Source: Camelus ferus (taxonomy: Eukaryota). From it: DNA of 64,000 bases. The DNA lies in NCBI RefSeq assembly GCF_009834535.1, contig NC_045707.1, positions 52,454,001-52,518,000 on the forward strand, read 5' to 3'. Positions 11,239 to 22,280 of the stretch are shown piece after piece (position 1 is the first letter of the stretch; the number at the start of each line of letters is the position of its first letter). The position numbers and the translations under genes are program-made. Under the pieces are notes generated by a model that did not search any database, had not been told where the DNA came from, and saw only the letters and a list, made by a program, of their open reading frames with translations.

Positions 11239-12533
11239 CAGTGGTTCTTATTTCTTGATCTCAGGGTCCCTTTACATCCTTGGAAATAACTGACAACCCA
11301 GGGACCTTTCGTTTGTTTAGATTCTATCTTTCAAGATAAATCACATTAGTAAGTAAAAAAAAGAAAGAAAAATTTAAAATATTTATCATTATACAATATT
11401 ATCTTTAAAATAACCCATTTTAGTAAAAAAAAATGCTTCAAAAATCAGGGAGCAGATTGGCACTGTTTTAAGTGTTCCCAAATCTCCTTAACGCCTGGCT
11501 CTTTGGAAGACAGTGGGTTTCACGAATCTGCTTCTGCACTTAATCTGCTACAATATATTGCTTTAGTTGAAATAAATGGAGATGCAGAGACATCACTGAA
11601 AATGGAGGGAATGTCGGAAGAGTCTTTCCAGGTTACTGGGAAAATTTTCCTCTGATGCATCACCAAAACTCGACAAGAGTTTCTGAGAGGTTGGTGGCAA
11701 TGTGGCATGTGACACGATGTCAATGACCTTTCACGCCCTGCTGCGTTAAAAATCCGTTTATTAGTCTCGCTCTTAAAATGGGTGATTCACTCATGAATAT
11801 TTACATAACACCGCACAGCAGTCATTTGGAAACTATCAGTTCAATAAGTTGATCTTCAAGTACTGATGTATTTCATTATGAAGTGTCCAATGTCCTCAGT
11901 ATCGCCACAGAGCTCATCACTCGTTGCGCCTGGGAAGCTTCCAAGCTCGTGGTTGAAAGCTTTAACCTGATCACTGGCTACAGACTCTTAGTTATTTCCC
12001 TAAAAGTGACAGGCTGGCTTCCTTCCTTTTTGAGAAAATGTCTGTCAAATATTCAAGTCTAAACAAAGTATGTCTGTTGGCCATTTGTTTCAAGTATAGT
12101 TGTGTCTCGTGACAAAAGCGGCTAGTTCCACTCACAACGCAGTCACACAAGCGCGTTTCCATGTGGGCTGGCCCCATGGACAAGCTCTCATGTTATTTCA
12201 CACTTCGTCTTAAAAGCACATGCACTCAAAGACTGAAATCTAATAAAACTGACCGCGTTTACTGCCTCCTCAAGGACATCCTTACAAGGAACTGGAACCT
12301 TTCCTTCCACTGCGAAGCTTGGCAGCAAGATGCTCCCTCAGGACTAGTGAAGCTGGGTACCATTGCCCTGATCTACTCTAAGACGCGGTTTTATCCACAA
12401 TGGCTTCTGCATCATCAGTTCAGATGCCAACAGTTAAAGACCTCTGGGTACTAGTGGAAAAACAGTTCTCACCTCATGAACCCCCCGAAAGGGTCTGGAG
12501 GGCCCTTGGGGGAGTGTACCATGTGAGCTGCTG
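11239..12533 (-). mobile_element. Charlie1-like hAT DNA transposon relic with decayed transposase
   Basis: One end reads cagtggttct. ORF 11992-12183 contains RLEYLTDIFSKRKEASLSLLGK, matching the Charlie/Buster transposase motif LAYLADIFxKLNxLNLSLQG. The far end reads ccccccgaaagggtctggaggg. Confidence 0.8.
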
Positions 12534-13589
12534 GCCTGGGGCAACCCTCCCACGGGCAGGGAGTGAGGGGGGCTCAGATGATGGGGTGGCCTCCAGGCAC
12601 TCAGAGGGAATCAGGACCACTCCAGGGCAGGAGGCGTGATGCTGGCTCTGCTGGACCAGTCCTACCACCAAGCACGCTGCCCTGGGACACAGCCTCCGTC
12701 TGGAGGCAACGTGAACAAACCAAGGATGCTAGGTAGCGGGTGCATTTCTAATCAGTTATGTAGAAACTCCAAATTACGTACAGTCTTCTAAATGCCAGTG
12801 TTCTACACTGAGGTGTGTTTTAAGCCTTAGAACAACTTCACAAGGCACAGGGCGCAGAAAGGTAACCTAGCTTCACTCCTTTGGAAGTGGTAGGAAGCTG
12901 GAGAGTTAAAAGGCCAATTTCCTGGAGGAGGCAGAGAGGTGGGGCTGCCATGAATGGAGCGGAATGGACCAGGGTGGGAGGACCAGCTGCGTGTGTCCGT
13001 CACTCAGACGTGTTTGTAAATGTGAGCTTGGCTGGGCCTCCCCAGATGACGTGCCTTCAAAATGAAGCTGTCCATTCATATTCAGAGAAGAAGGAACGGA
13101 TCAGACAGTAAGCGCGGGGAAGAAAGTCAGGCGTCGTTTCTGCAGCCATTTCACGTTGACCTTGAGAACAGAGCCGGGCTAAGTGCATCCACTGAGGAAG
13201 ATTAAAAGCCCGCCAGGAGCTCCCAGACAGGAGGGGCATTGGCACCAGATCCATGGCCAGCCCAGGGCCCCACTTCCCACCCCCGCCCTCCTTTCCCGAG
13301 CTCAGCCAGAAAGCGGAATCCACACCAGCAAGGGACCCAAATCCTCCAGCGTTTGGGGGAGTAGCTGCCAAGGAGATGCCCCTTTCCCCTCCTGAATCCA
13401 CTGCCCTGGTGCCCCCGGCCTCTCCCGGGGACGCTTGCAATCTGCCTGATTCCCCGGTGCCCTCCAGTTTGGCTCTGGAGCAACCTTTCCAGAATGAAAG
13501 TGGATCCAACACTCCTCTACTTCGAAGATTTCCATGCCTCTGCACCACGAGACCCAGGGGCCAGAGCTGGGGCTTCTGAGACCCAGACT

Positions 13590-13765
13590 GTGATTTGAGT
13601 CCGGCTCCGCCCTCGGGGTCCCTGGGTGCCGGGCTTCCTTATCGTAAAACAGGAATAAGCATCTCCACCCGTCAGCACCGGATGGCTTGAAACAGTCAAC
13701 ACATAAAAGCCTTTAGGACGGGACCGTCTCTGCAGTAAACACCCTACAAGTGGTCGCTGTTATGA
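13590..13765 (+). mobile_element. MIR SINE relic
   Basis: cttccttatcgtaaaacaggaataa..ataaaagcctttaggac..cagtaaacaccc resembles the MIR core and tail. Confidence 0.5.
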
Positions 13766-14059
13766 GAGTCATTACGTAAGGTCTGATTTCTAGGGAGTGA
13801 CACCCTAGAGCTCGGAGGAGGGGGCTGGCCTCCTGCCCAGCCGTCCAGCTCATCTGTCTTCTCTCTGAGCCCCGGCCCCGGGGCCACCCCAGCCCTCGTC
13901 ACCCGCATACTGCACTGTTCCTCATCTCCCTGCGATGCTTGACCTGGACCTCTCTTCTCAGTGGTCTTTGCTAACCTCCGCTCTCTGCCCAGACATCAGC
14001 CCTCGCAGTGGGGTGGGAGTCGGGTGTCACCCCTGCCCTGTCAGTCCACGTCTCTCTTT

Positions 14060-14220
14060 GTCCTTCTCCTAATCATGAGATTGCAATGGTCTGTTTACAG
14101 TCTGCCTTTCCCATGAGACAGCAGAGCATTTGAGGGTCTGTGCCTTATCCACCCTGCTGTCACTAGGGTAAGTGCAGTGTCTAGTGCAGAGCTGGGGAAT
14201 CCATGCTTGTTGAATGACTA
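14060..14220 (+). mobile_element. L2 3' end relic
   Basis: tctgtgccttatccac..cagtgtctagtgcagag..tgcttgttgaatga. Confidence 0.5.
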
Positions 14221-14254
14221 TATGATCTACTTTCTTGCTTTTTTAAAGTAAGGT

Positions 14255-14387
14255 TGATTTGTTTGTTTTGGGGGGAGTACTTAGGTCTACTTATTTATGT
14301 ATTTATCATGGAGGGACTGGGGACTGACCCCAGGACCTCTTGCATGCTAAGTACGTGCTCTACCACTGAGCCATACCCCCCCCCCCA
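14255..14387 (-). mobile_element. tRNA-derived SINE (vic-1-like)
   Basis: Reverse complement ggggtatggctcagtggtagagcacgtacttagcatgcaagaggtcctggggtcagtccccagtccctcc; imperfect TSD ttaaagtaaggt / ttgaggtaaggt. Confidence 0.85.
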
Positions 14388-15369
14388 CTTGAGGTAAGGT
14401 AACAGGACAGTCCAAATGCCCAGCTCTCCCTGGGAGTGCCGTACACCCCACTCCCACATGGCCTCCTCCCCTTTCCCACAGGCTTCCCAGAATCTGTTTC
14501 AAGTCACAGACCCTGATCTCCCGTTCAAGGCCACTGCCGTTAGTTCAGAGCAGACCTGCTCAGTCTGGAGTGTGTTTCCACAGGCCTGTTGGCGGTGATC
14601 TCACTGCGAGATTATTATTTACAGGAATGGGTGGAAAGAAAGAGCATCTCATGACTCTAGAAAAGATTGTCGCTTGTTTCCAAAACAGTTCAGTCTGCTT
14701 TTCGATAACATATTCAAAGTGGAGGTGTTTACAGCTGCTACACTGTTCTTTTCAAAAACAATGGCCAGGTGTGACTCAGTCTGAGGGAGCTGGGGAAACG
14801 GGGGTGGGGGGGCACTGCCCGCAGAGCAGCCGGCAGAGAGTGCTGGGGGCGGTGGACGCGCAGCCTGGGGCCTCCCTGGTCCCCTTCCTGGGAGAGGGGC
14901 GGGGCTGAGCCCCCCCGCAGGTTGCTTTTCTAGCTCTGTGCTCAGTTTTTCACACGCCCACCACCTCGTGCAAGTCCTCTCCTCTTAGCCAGTTTCCAAG
15001 TTAACGTTTAAGGGCCAAGATGAATTCTGCGAAATAGTTCAGCACGCCCACCTCCCCAAATTTCCCTGAAGGAATCTTCAGGAAATCTAACAGCTGTGTC
15101 GATAAGCACGGGCTCACTCAGGTGAGTGGGAAGGGGACACGCAGCACCTGGCTTGCACAAGGGCTGATGCTGAGATGCCGGCTTACAAAAACGAAAGACC
15201 TTTTGTCTTTACAAACGGAATTATGCTGCCGTTATGTATTCTTAAACTGCTAGATACAAAACTGCATTCAAAGGGATCAAGGCAAAACAGAAAATCAAAA
15301 AAAAATTCTGAGTATGTTTGTTCTTCAGTTACCTCTGTACAAGTTTAATCACAATGCTTCACACGAGTG

Positions 15370-15955
15370 TGTGTGTTCACAGCAGCACTGCTTACAACAG
15401 CCAAGACACGGAAACCACCTGGATGCCCATGGATAGAGGACTGGATAAAGAAGCCATGGTAATAGTTATACAGTGGAATCCACTCAACCATAAAAAAGAA
15501 TAAAACAATGCCATTTGCGGCAACATGGATGGAACTAGAGATTGTCATTCTAAGTGAAGTAAGCCAAAAAGAGAAAGAAAAATACCATATGATATATCAT
15601 TCATATGTGTAATCTAAAAAAAGAAAGAAAAAAGACACCAATGAACCTATTTACAAAACAGAAACAGACTCACAGACATAGAGAACAAACTTATGGTTAC
15701 CAGGGGGTGGGAAGGGATAAATCGAGAGTTTGAGATTTGCAGATACTAACTACTCTATTTAAAACAGATAAACAACAAGGTCCTACTGTACAGCACAGGG
15801 AACTATATTCAATACCTTGTAAGAGCCTGTAATGAAAAAGAATATGAGAAGGAATATATGTGTGCATATGTATGACTGAGACATGACGCTGTAGACCAGA
15901 AATTGACACAACATTGTAAACTGACTAGACTTCTATTTAAAAAAAGGGGAAAAAA
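15370..15955 (+). mobile_element. L1 3' fragment (ORF2 end plus 3' UTR)
   Basis: atgccatttgcggcaacatggatggaactagag..aagtgaagtaagcc.. then the 3' UTR and an A tail. Confidence 0.9.
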
Positions 15956-16899
15956 TGCGAACACTATACAATGAATGTGAAAGCTAGAAACTAACAAAGA
16001 TGTGACTGACATGTCACGTTTCTGGGAAATGTGTAACTGCCAGTGTCTTTCAGACTCTCCTCCAAATTCTGAATAGAGGAGAGTGGACAGGACTCTGATC
16101 GGGGATATTCAAGCCAGAATAAAGAGCAAGGAGCCGCTCTCTGCCAGGCAGGAGCAACCCAAAGGCGCAGCTACTGATGCAGCAGTGCTTATAACAAAGC
16201 CCAGCCAAACCAGGAGCAAGTCACTGCCTGCTTTAAAGCATGCTGCTTAAATTCCTTCCTCCATTATTAATAACGGTCCTTGGAAAGGAGGGAGGAGTGT
16301 GGCTTTACTTCACCACGGGGGCCTCCACACCACGGCTCCCTCCTGATGGGTTACAGCCGGCCAGCTCTGGCTTTGGCTGCAAGTCCAAGTGACACATGGA
16401 CAGTGTTACTGTGAGCCTGTTTAATGTCAGCACAGGGACCCTGGGACCCCAGGCCTCAAGCCCAGACTTGGGCTTTGTTTCTTCAGCTTCTCAAAAATTC
16501 CACATTCGGCCTCATTCCCAAGAGCCTGTGAGAGGAGGTCTGGGTGGGGCAGCCCGATTTTAACAGAAAGCATCACCCTCTTTCAAGACAGCTCTGGAAT
16601 CTCGGCTACTCTTCAAGGACACGGAACATTGACGACGCCCCAGGAACCACGGTGATTCCTTTCTAACAAGTGGGCAGGGTCCCTGAAAGTCACACCCAGG
16701 TTGGCTACGAGTTAATGCCTTCTACCTGAGAACGTGTGGCAGCATTGGCTTACATCGGGGCCTGAGGCCGAGCCTGCATCTGGTCCACACTTGTCTTCCT
16801 GGCACCCCGGACAGAAGCCGGCAGAGTAGGGGCTCCGTGGGTGTTTGCGAAATGAGCGAATGAGCCTAAAGGGCGCAGCACAGGGACCGGCACCAGGGG

Positions 16900-17088
16900 A
16901 GTTGGAGGCCTTAGACTGGACTGAAGTTTCCAGATGCAGAAACCCTCCTGAGTTGCCTGCCTGCCCACCTGCCCTGCAGGTTCCAGACTTATCTGTACCC
17001 GCCCACCACAGCGGGAATAAGGTCTTAAAATATATCTTTCTCCATCAATATCCCACTGGTCCCTTTCTCTGGAGAGGCCAGAGTAACA
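16900..17088 (+). mobile_element. MLT2-like ERVL LTR 3' part
   Basis: gccctgcaggttccagact..tcttaaaatatatct..tcccactggtccctttctctggagaggccagagtaaca. Confidence 0.55.
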
Positions 17089-17699
17089 GAGGAACCACCA
17101 CCCGGAGGTGCTCCAGGGCTCGACGTGGATTGGAAGGCAGTTCAGCAGGGAAGATGGAAGCCCAGGATGTGGTGGGTTATTCACCGTCCGGGAGAAGGTC
17201 CCTGGGAGGTGCCGGGGCCAGGGCCCAGAGCCTGGACACGCACCAACCCTGGGAGGTCAGGACTCGGGTTCCCGCAGGGACAATGTTGGCAGCAGTGGTC
17301 CAGCTCCCAGCAGGGCCCAGGGATCGGGCTTCAGTCTCTGACAGAGTTAAAACTATCATCATACAAACCTCTCCCTGGAGCTGACCCTTAGGGTCGCTGC
17401 TCCGTGCGGGTCCCCTGCTGTCCTTTCTGTTCCCTGTTCCCTCATAATCCCACTACCTTTCTGGTTCATCAGGCGTGCACCCCCGCTGGGAGCCCATCCG
17501 TGCAGAACGGGGCTTCTACAGGAGACGAGCCGTGAGACCGGCAGCCAGACGGGCCACTGGCCTCCCCTACCCCCGGCCCCCGGCTCTGGGGAGAACGCCT
17601 CGGCTTGAAAATCACCCCAAAGGAGATCTCTGAGGGAATCCCAACCAGACTCATTCCGTCCCAGCGAAGGAAAAAGACCTAAGACTCTCCAAAAACAGC

Positions 17700-18620
17700 A
17701 GGACCACACCAGCCACCCTGCGTGGAGGGGATCCAGGGCCTCGGGCGCTCGGGGCGCAGGATCTGGAGACCCGCGGGGGACCCACCTATCTCCTCTCCCA
17801 GCGAGGAATTGAGGATGGCGCCAGCCGACGTGACCACGGCGCAGCTCCGGAGCCCGCGCGGGTGCAGCTGGCCGAGCGGCACGGCGGGGACCAAGGCGCG
17901 CCAGCCCAGCGCCGAGAAGGGCGGCTCGGTGCCATCCAGGGTGCGCACCCGCACGCGGCCCCGCAGCGCGCACAGCAGCTCCGCGCGGCTCCGCCCGGCC
18001 GCCCGCCGCCCGCGGAAGCGCACGCCGTGCTTGTTGGCGCTCAGGTAGGCGCGCATGGCCTTCTGCAGGCGCGGGTGCAGCATCCGGGGGGACGCGTCGC
18101 CCTTCCAGAGCCGGCGCAGGAAGGCGCTGGACATGGACGAGGACAGCCGGTCACCGTCCTCGCCCTCCTCCGGTGCGGTGCTCCTTCCCAGCCTCCGGGG
18201 CCGTCTCTGCGCCCGCCTCCCCGGGGCCTGGTGCGCCGGCTCAGCCCCCACCGGCGGGCCTGGGTCTCCGGGGGACAGAGGCCCAGACGGGCCCGGAGCG
18301 CGGCTGTGCGCCCCTGGCCGGCCAGCGGCGTCCTCCCGGGGCAAAGTGCTTTGAGATTTTCTCCCCGTCTGAGGTGAAAAGAACTCTTCTTCACTTTGCA
18401 ACCCATCTTGGGCCCATGTCTGCAGGTCACCCGGCCCCGCGTGCAGAGGGCCGGGCGGGGGTACCCCGGGCAGCCGCCCGGGTGCGTCCGCGCCCTCGGG
18501 CAGGGCGGGCTCCTCCTGCACAGCGCCCATGATGGCCCTCTGCCTCCCCTGCACCGGCAGAAGCCTCCTGGTCTCCAGGAAGGAGAAGGAGCTGGGCGCG
18601 GGCTCAGCAGGGTTGCTGTC
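17700..18620. other. Intragenic CpG-island-like region over the first coding exon
   Basis: Dense CpG/GC; most third codon positions are G or C. Confidence 0.7.
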
Positions 18621-18713
18621 GGTGAAGTAGACGAAAATCGCCACGAAGAGGAGCCCCCACGCAAATATCCCGCAGAGCATGCCTTGTCTCAATTGCTTCA
18701 AGTGCGGTTTCAT
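17786..18713 (-). CDS. ST6GAL2: ST6GAL2 first coding exon (928 coding nt): cytoplasmic tail, TM anchor, stem, start of catalytic domain and sialylmotif L
   Basis: ATG at 18713 in a GCCATG context. Translation [70 protein letters not shown] matches ST6Gal II as recalled. The donor ATAG|GTGGGT follows 17786 (phase 1). Confidence 0.97.
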
Positions 18714-18769
18714 GGCAGGTCTGCGGGGTCAGCACCTTGTGTCCCAAGGCGGCGGGAGGCGGGATGGAC
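18714..18769 (-). other. ST6GAL2: 5' UTR part of the first coding exon
   Basis: Acceptor CTGTTTTTCAG|GTCCATCCC on the minus strand (AG at 18771-18770). The 56 nt before the start codon contain no upstream ATG. Confidence 0.85.
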
Positions 18770-19684
18770 CTGAAAAACAGTGGGGTGTTACAGTTAGCCA
18801 CATAGGACGCTGTGGGACAGTGCTGGGGACAGTCTGTCTTGAGAGGGTCCCTGGGGAGGGTGAGAAGACGCATCAGAAACCAGGATCATAGGAGCTTCGG
18901 CTAAATTCAGGGGTCATATCCACCCGCCCGTGACGTCTGTGATACAAGGGGTCCCACCACCTCAGCTGAGAATCCTGGCAGAGGGGAAGTGCAGTGGGTG
19001 TAAGGGAGACTTTCTAGAGGCACCTCAACGAGGCGGCTGCCTCCCCACCTGAGGGCTGTTCCATCCGGGCCCCTCCCAGCAACCTGTCCCTGCAGCTGGT
19101 TACAGAATTCCGACCTGGTGAAGCCAGGCAGGAGGGCTTGGCAGAGGTTCCCCTCCCTCACTTGCTCAGCAGACCCTAAAGGCTCAAAGCTCAGCAACTG
19201 CACAGCAGCTCTGCTCTGCGTTTCCCAGGGAAACTGCCGGGGACCTGCCAGAAGTGCACAGATGGTCCCCAGGAAGCGATGGCTCCGTGACTGGGGCTCC
19301 GGGGGACGGTTATGCCGGGATGTCTGTGGAGCTCAAAACAGCCCTCAGGCAACCCCCTCACGCCCCTGATGGAATAAGATGGGCAAGGACGTATGCCAGA
19401 ATTTTAAACAAGGGGGGAGATAAGAAGCAAGATTGACTCTAGGTGAGCCTCCAGCAGACAGAGGGCGAGGGAGGAGGCAGAGAGGAGGGTCCAAGACACA
19501 ATGTGGGAGCAAAGGACCCTGCCTGGCCATCGGTGTCCCAGCCCACGTTTATGGCCACGTTGCTACTCGGGGAGCCCAGTGCTTGGTACTAAGGGCAACA
19601 ACATGACATTGATAAATGCACCTGAGCTTCAGGGATGTAAGCAAAGTCCCAGAGAGGGGGAAGCACAGGCGTGCGAAGTAAGCC

Positions 19685-19842
19685 TGTGTGTGTGTGTGTG
19701 TGTGTGCATGGGTGTGCATGTATGTATGCACACGTTACGTGTTTGTGCATGTGTTCATGCACGTGTGCATGTATGTGTGTGCATGTGTGTGTGTTGGGAG
19801 TGGGAGCTGTGTGTCTGCAGGTGTGCACAGCTGTGTGTATGG
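19685..19842. repeat. Degenerate (TG)n/(TGCA)n microsatellite
   Basis: A pure TG run followed by mixed tgtgca/tgtatg units. Confidence 0.9.
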
Positions 19843-20322
19843 TGATGGGGTTGGAAGAGGCAGGGAGACCATTTGGGGGAAACTGAGCTGGGAAGCTGCC
19901 CCATTCAGTCCTGGGATGGGGGGCCTGGGGGCCTACTTGGAGGTCTGGGTCACGTCTGTGGTAGGAACGGGAGGTCTCTGACAAGGGGTAAGATGCTGGT
20001 TGCAGAGGCTTTCAGGGCAGGTGAGGCGGGGGGAGAGGAGGGCCTCAGGAGGAGTCGGACTCTCAGGAAGCCAGCCTGCTGGGCGGAGCTCGCAGAGGGA
20101 GCTCCCCCCCCCCCCAGTGCGGGCTGACAGGCCTCCAGGAAGACAGGCGGGGGCGGGGGGCGTGTGAGCAGAGGCCGTGATGCGGGGACTGGGCTTTACT
20201 CAGGTGAGACCTGAACTCCGAGTGGGTGAGACCCACATCTGTGGAGTCACCTGGGGAAGCCGTACCCTGTCTCTGGTGGAAAAGTAGGTGTGTAAGGTGA
20301 GAAGCCACATGCTTTGTGGCCC

Positions 20323-20799
20323 TGTAGCTGGTTACAGATGGACACAGATCTTTTGGCCTTTTCCCCCCGGGTGGGGTCGGTCCCAGTCTCCCCTCTCCCC
20401 TTCTGACCAGTTAGCAGGCCCACATCCAGTAGCTTCCACGTCCTGCCTTTAAAAGACTCGCGCTGGGGGAAGTAGCCACCAGCAAAGACGTCTCTCTAGC
20501 CCGAGTCCACCACGCAGCGCGGCCAGCCACGTGGAAAGCCCACGTGAGCTGAGATGCCCAGATCAGCCCGGGCTGTCCAGCTGTTCCTGGCCTCGGCACC
20601 ATCTTGGACTCCAGCCCAGTGGAGTGTTCATATGGTTCCAGCCCTGGCCAACCTCTGGCTGTAGCCGCAGGTAAGACCCCAAAGGAGAACCCAGCCGAGC
20701 CCTGTCAACCAACAGAACCAGGAATGAAAATGACAGATTGTTGTTGTGAGCCACCAAGTTTCTGGATGACTCGTTACACCAGAAGTGATCGTTGGAACA
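20323..20799 (+). mobile_element. Solo MaLR LTR (MLT1G/H-like)
   Basis: TG..CA ends, near 5-bp TSD ggccc/ggctc, and internal catcttggactccagccc..cccagccgagccctgtcaacc..gagccaccaagtttctgg. Confidence 0.75.
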
Positions 20800-21149
20800 G
20801 GCTCTGATAGAAACGCCAAATGAGAAATGCCCAGCGTGGTTCCAACAGCTGCGCGTCCTTGAGACGAGGGTCTAGCCTCTCAGAGAGATTACGGGAAAAG
20901 CAGCGTTCACTGCTGCTGCTTCTGTAAGCTGTGGCTTCTTAAAAAGTGCTTCTTTATCTTGCCTTCACCTGGAAGCAGGGCTTTAGATTCCCTTGAAAGT
21001 CGTGTGTCGAACACACGTAACGAGCCTGCGCCCACCAAGCTGGAAACACTGATGCTGAGAAAGGAACCTACAGAACACAATGCTGGCAGCCGACCCGCGG
21101 TGGGCCAGACCCTGTGCTGCCCCGCGCTTCCCTTGGATGATCCCATTTG

Positions 21150-21310
21150 GTCTCCCCAGCACCTAATAAGGTAGGAAACACGGCTTCATCCATTCCACAA
21201 GTCAGAAAGTTGAAGCCCAGAGAGGTTAAGTAACTTGCCCGAAGCCACAGAGATAGCAGGCAGCAGACAGCATATAAAAACCCATCTGCTCACACTTTTA
21301 GCACTAAGTT
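21150..21310 (-). mobile_element. MIR SINE relic
   Basis: gaagcccagagaggttaagtaacttgcccgaagccacag is the MIR core. Confidence 0.7.
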
Positions 21311-21859
21311 CTGATTCCAACTGATCATAAGAATCTGATTCTTACACTGTCTGTGGGGAAGGATCATCTTCCCCCAATGTTGCTACAATCTGAATACTTT
21401 CGTATTTCCGTTCCAGAATGTCTGGGCAGTGTCCCCAGGCTGTCAAAGCTCACTGCCAAGCTCCGAGCACAGCTCATCAGAACAGCTCACTGGGCAGTGT
21501 GCAGACGTGCACGTGTGTCTGGGCGACGGCGCTTTGAGAACAATCTTTCTAAACCTGTGCACTCAGCCCCTCTGTCAAGCTCACCTCAGAGGATGCTCTA
21601 AAAACGGGTCCATTTTATTGCATGTACTTTATACTGCAAAGAATTTGATTTTGAAAATAGACAAAATGGAAAAAAAAGATAACATTGCTTTTCAGGGACT
21701 AAAAAAAAAATAGGACCACTCAGGAGCAAGGGCTTTACTCTGTCATCAGCCTGCAGATCTGGAAGCTGTTTCCAGGATTTCAGCACTTCTATCAGAAATC
21801 ACAAAATCACCGTTAATAACAGTTATTCTGTGTCTGCCCTAACTGAGTGCAGTGCATAT

Positions 21860-22280
21860 GGCTCTGACACTAACCAGCACGGTGGCCTGGCCCCCGCCAG
21901 GCGAGGACACCATCCCACAAGCCCGTCCCCACGCCAGACGCCAGCCTTAAGTCAGGTCCCCAGGCCACCTGCACTTCTGACCATTTGACTACCAATCTTG
22001 GGGGGGTTCCCACGACACCCCTCAGGCTGAAGGATTTGCTAAAATGATGAGCAGAACTCAGGAAAGCACTGGACCAATGACCACAGGCTCCTGTGAGGGA
22101 CACACAGAGTTCCAGGTCGGGGGTGTGTCCCAAGTGCAGAGATTCCGTGCCGTCCTTGCCGTGGTGTCAGGAAATGTCACCCTCTTGGGACAGGGATGTG
22201 TTCACCAGCCACAAAGCTCCACTGAGCTGTGGCCTCCACAACTTTGTTGAGGTTTCATTGATTGAATCACTGACCGTGGC
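21860..22280. mobile_element. MER21-like LTR relic
   Basis: ggccacctgcacttctgacc..gggttcccacgacaccc..gatttgctaaaa..cagaactcaggaaagcact. Confidence 0.6.

Noticed and set aside
17722..18773. Antisense and alternative-frame ORFs over the first coding exon
   Set aside because: These are by-products of extreme GC content in the real exon.
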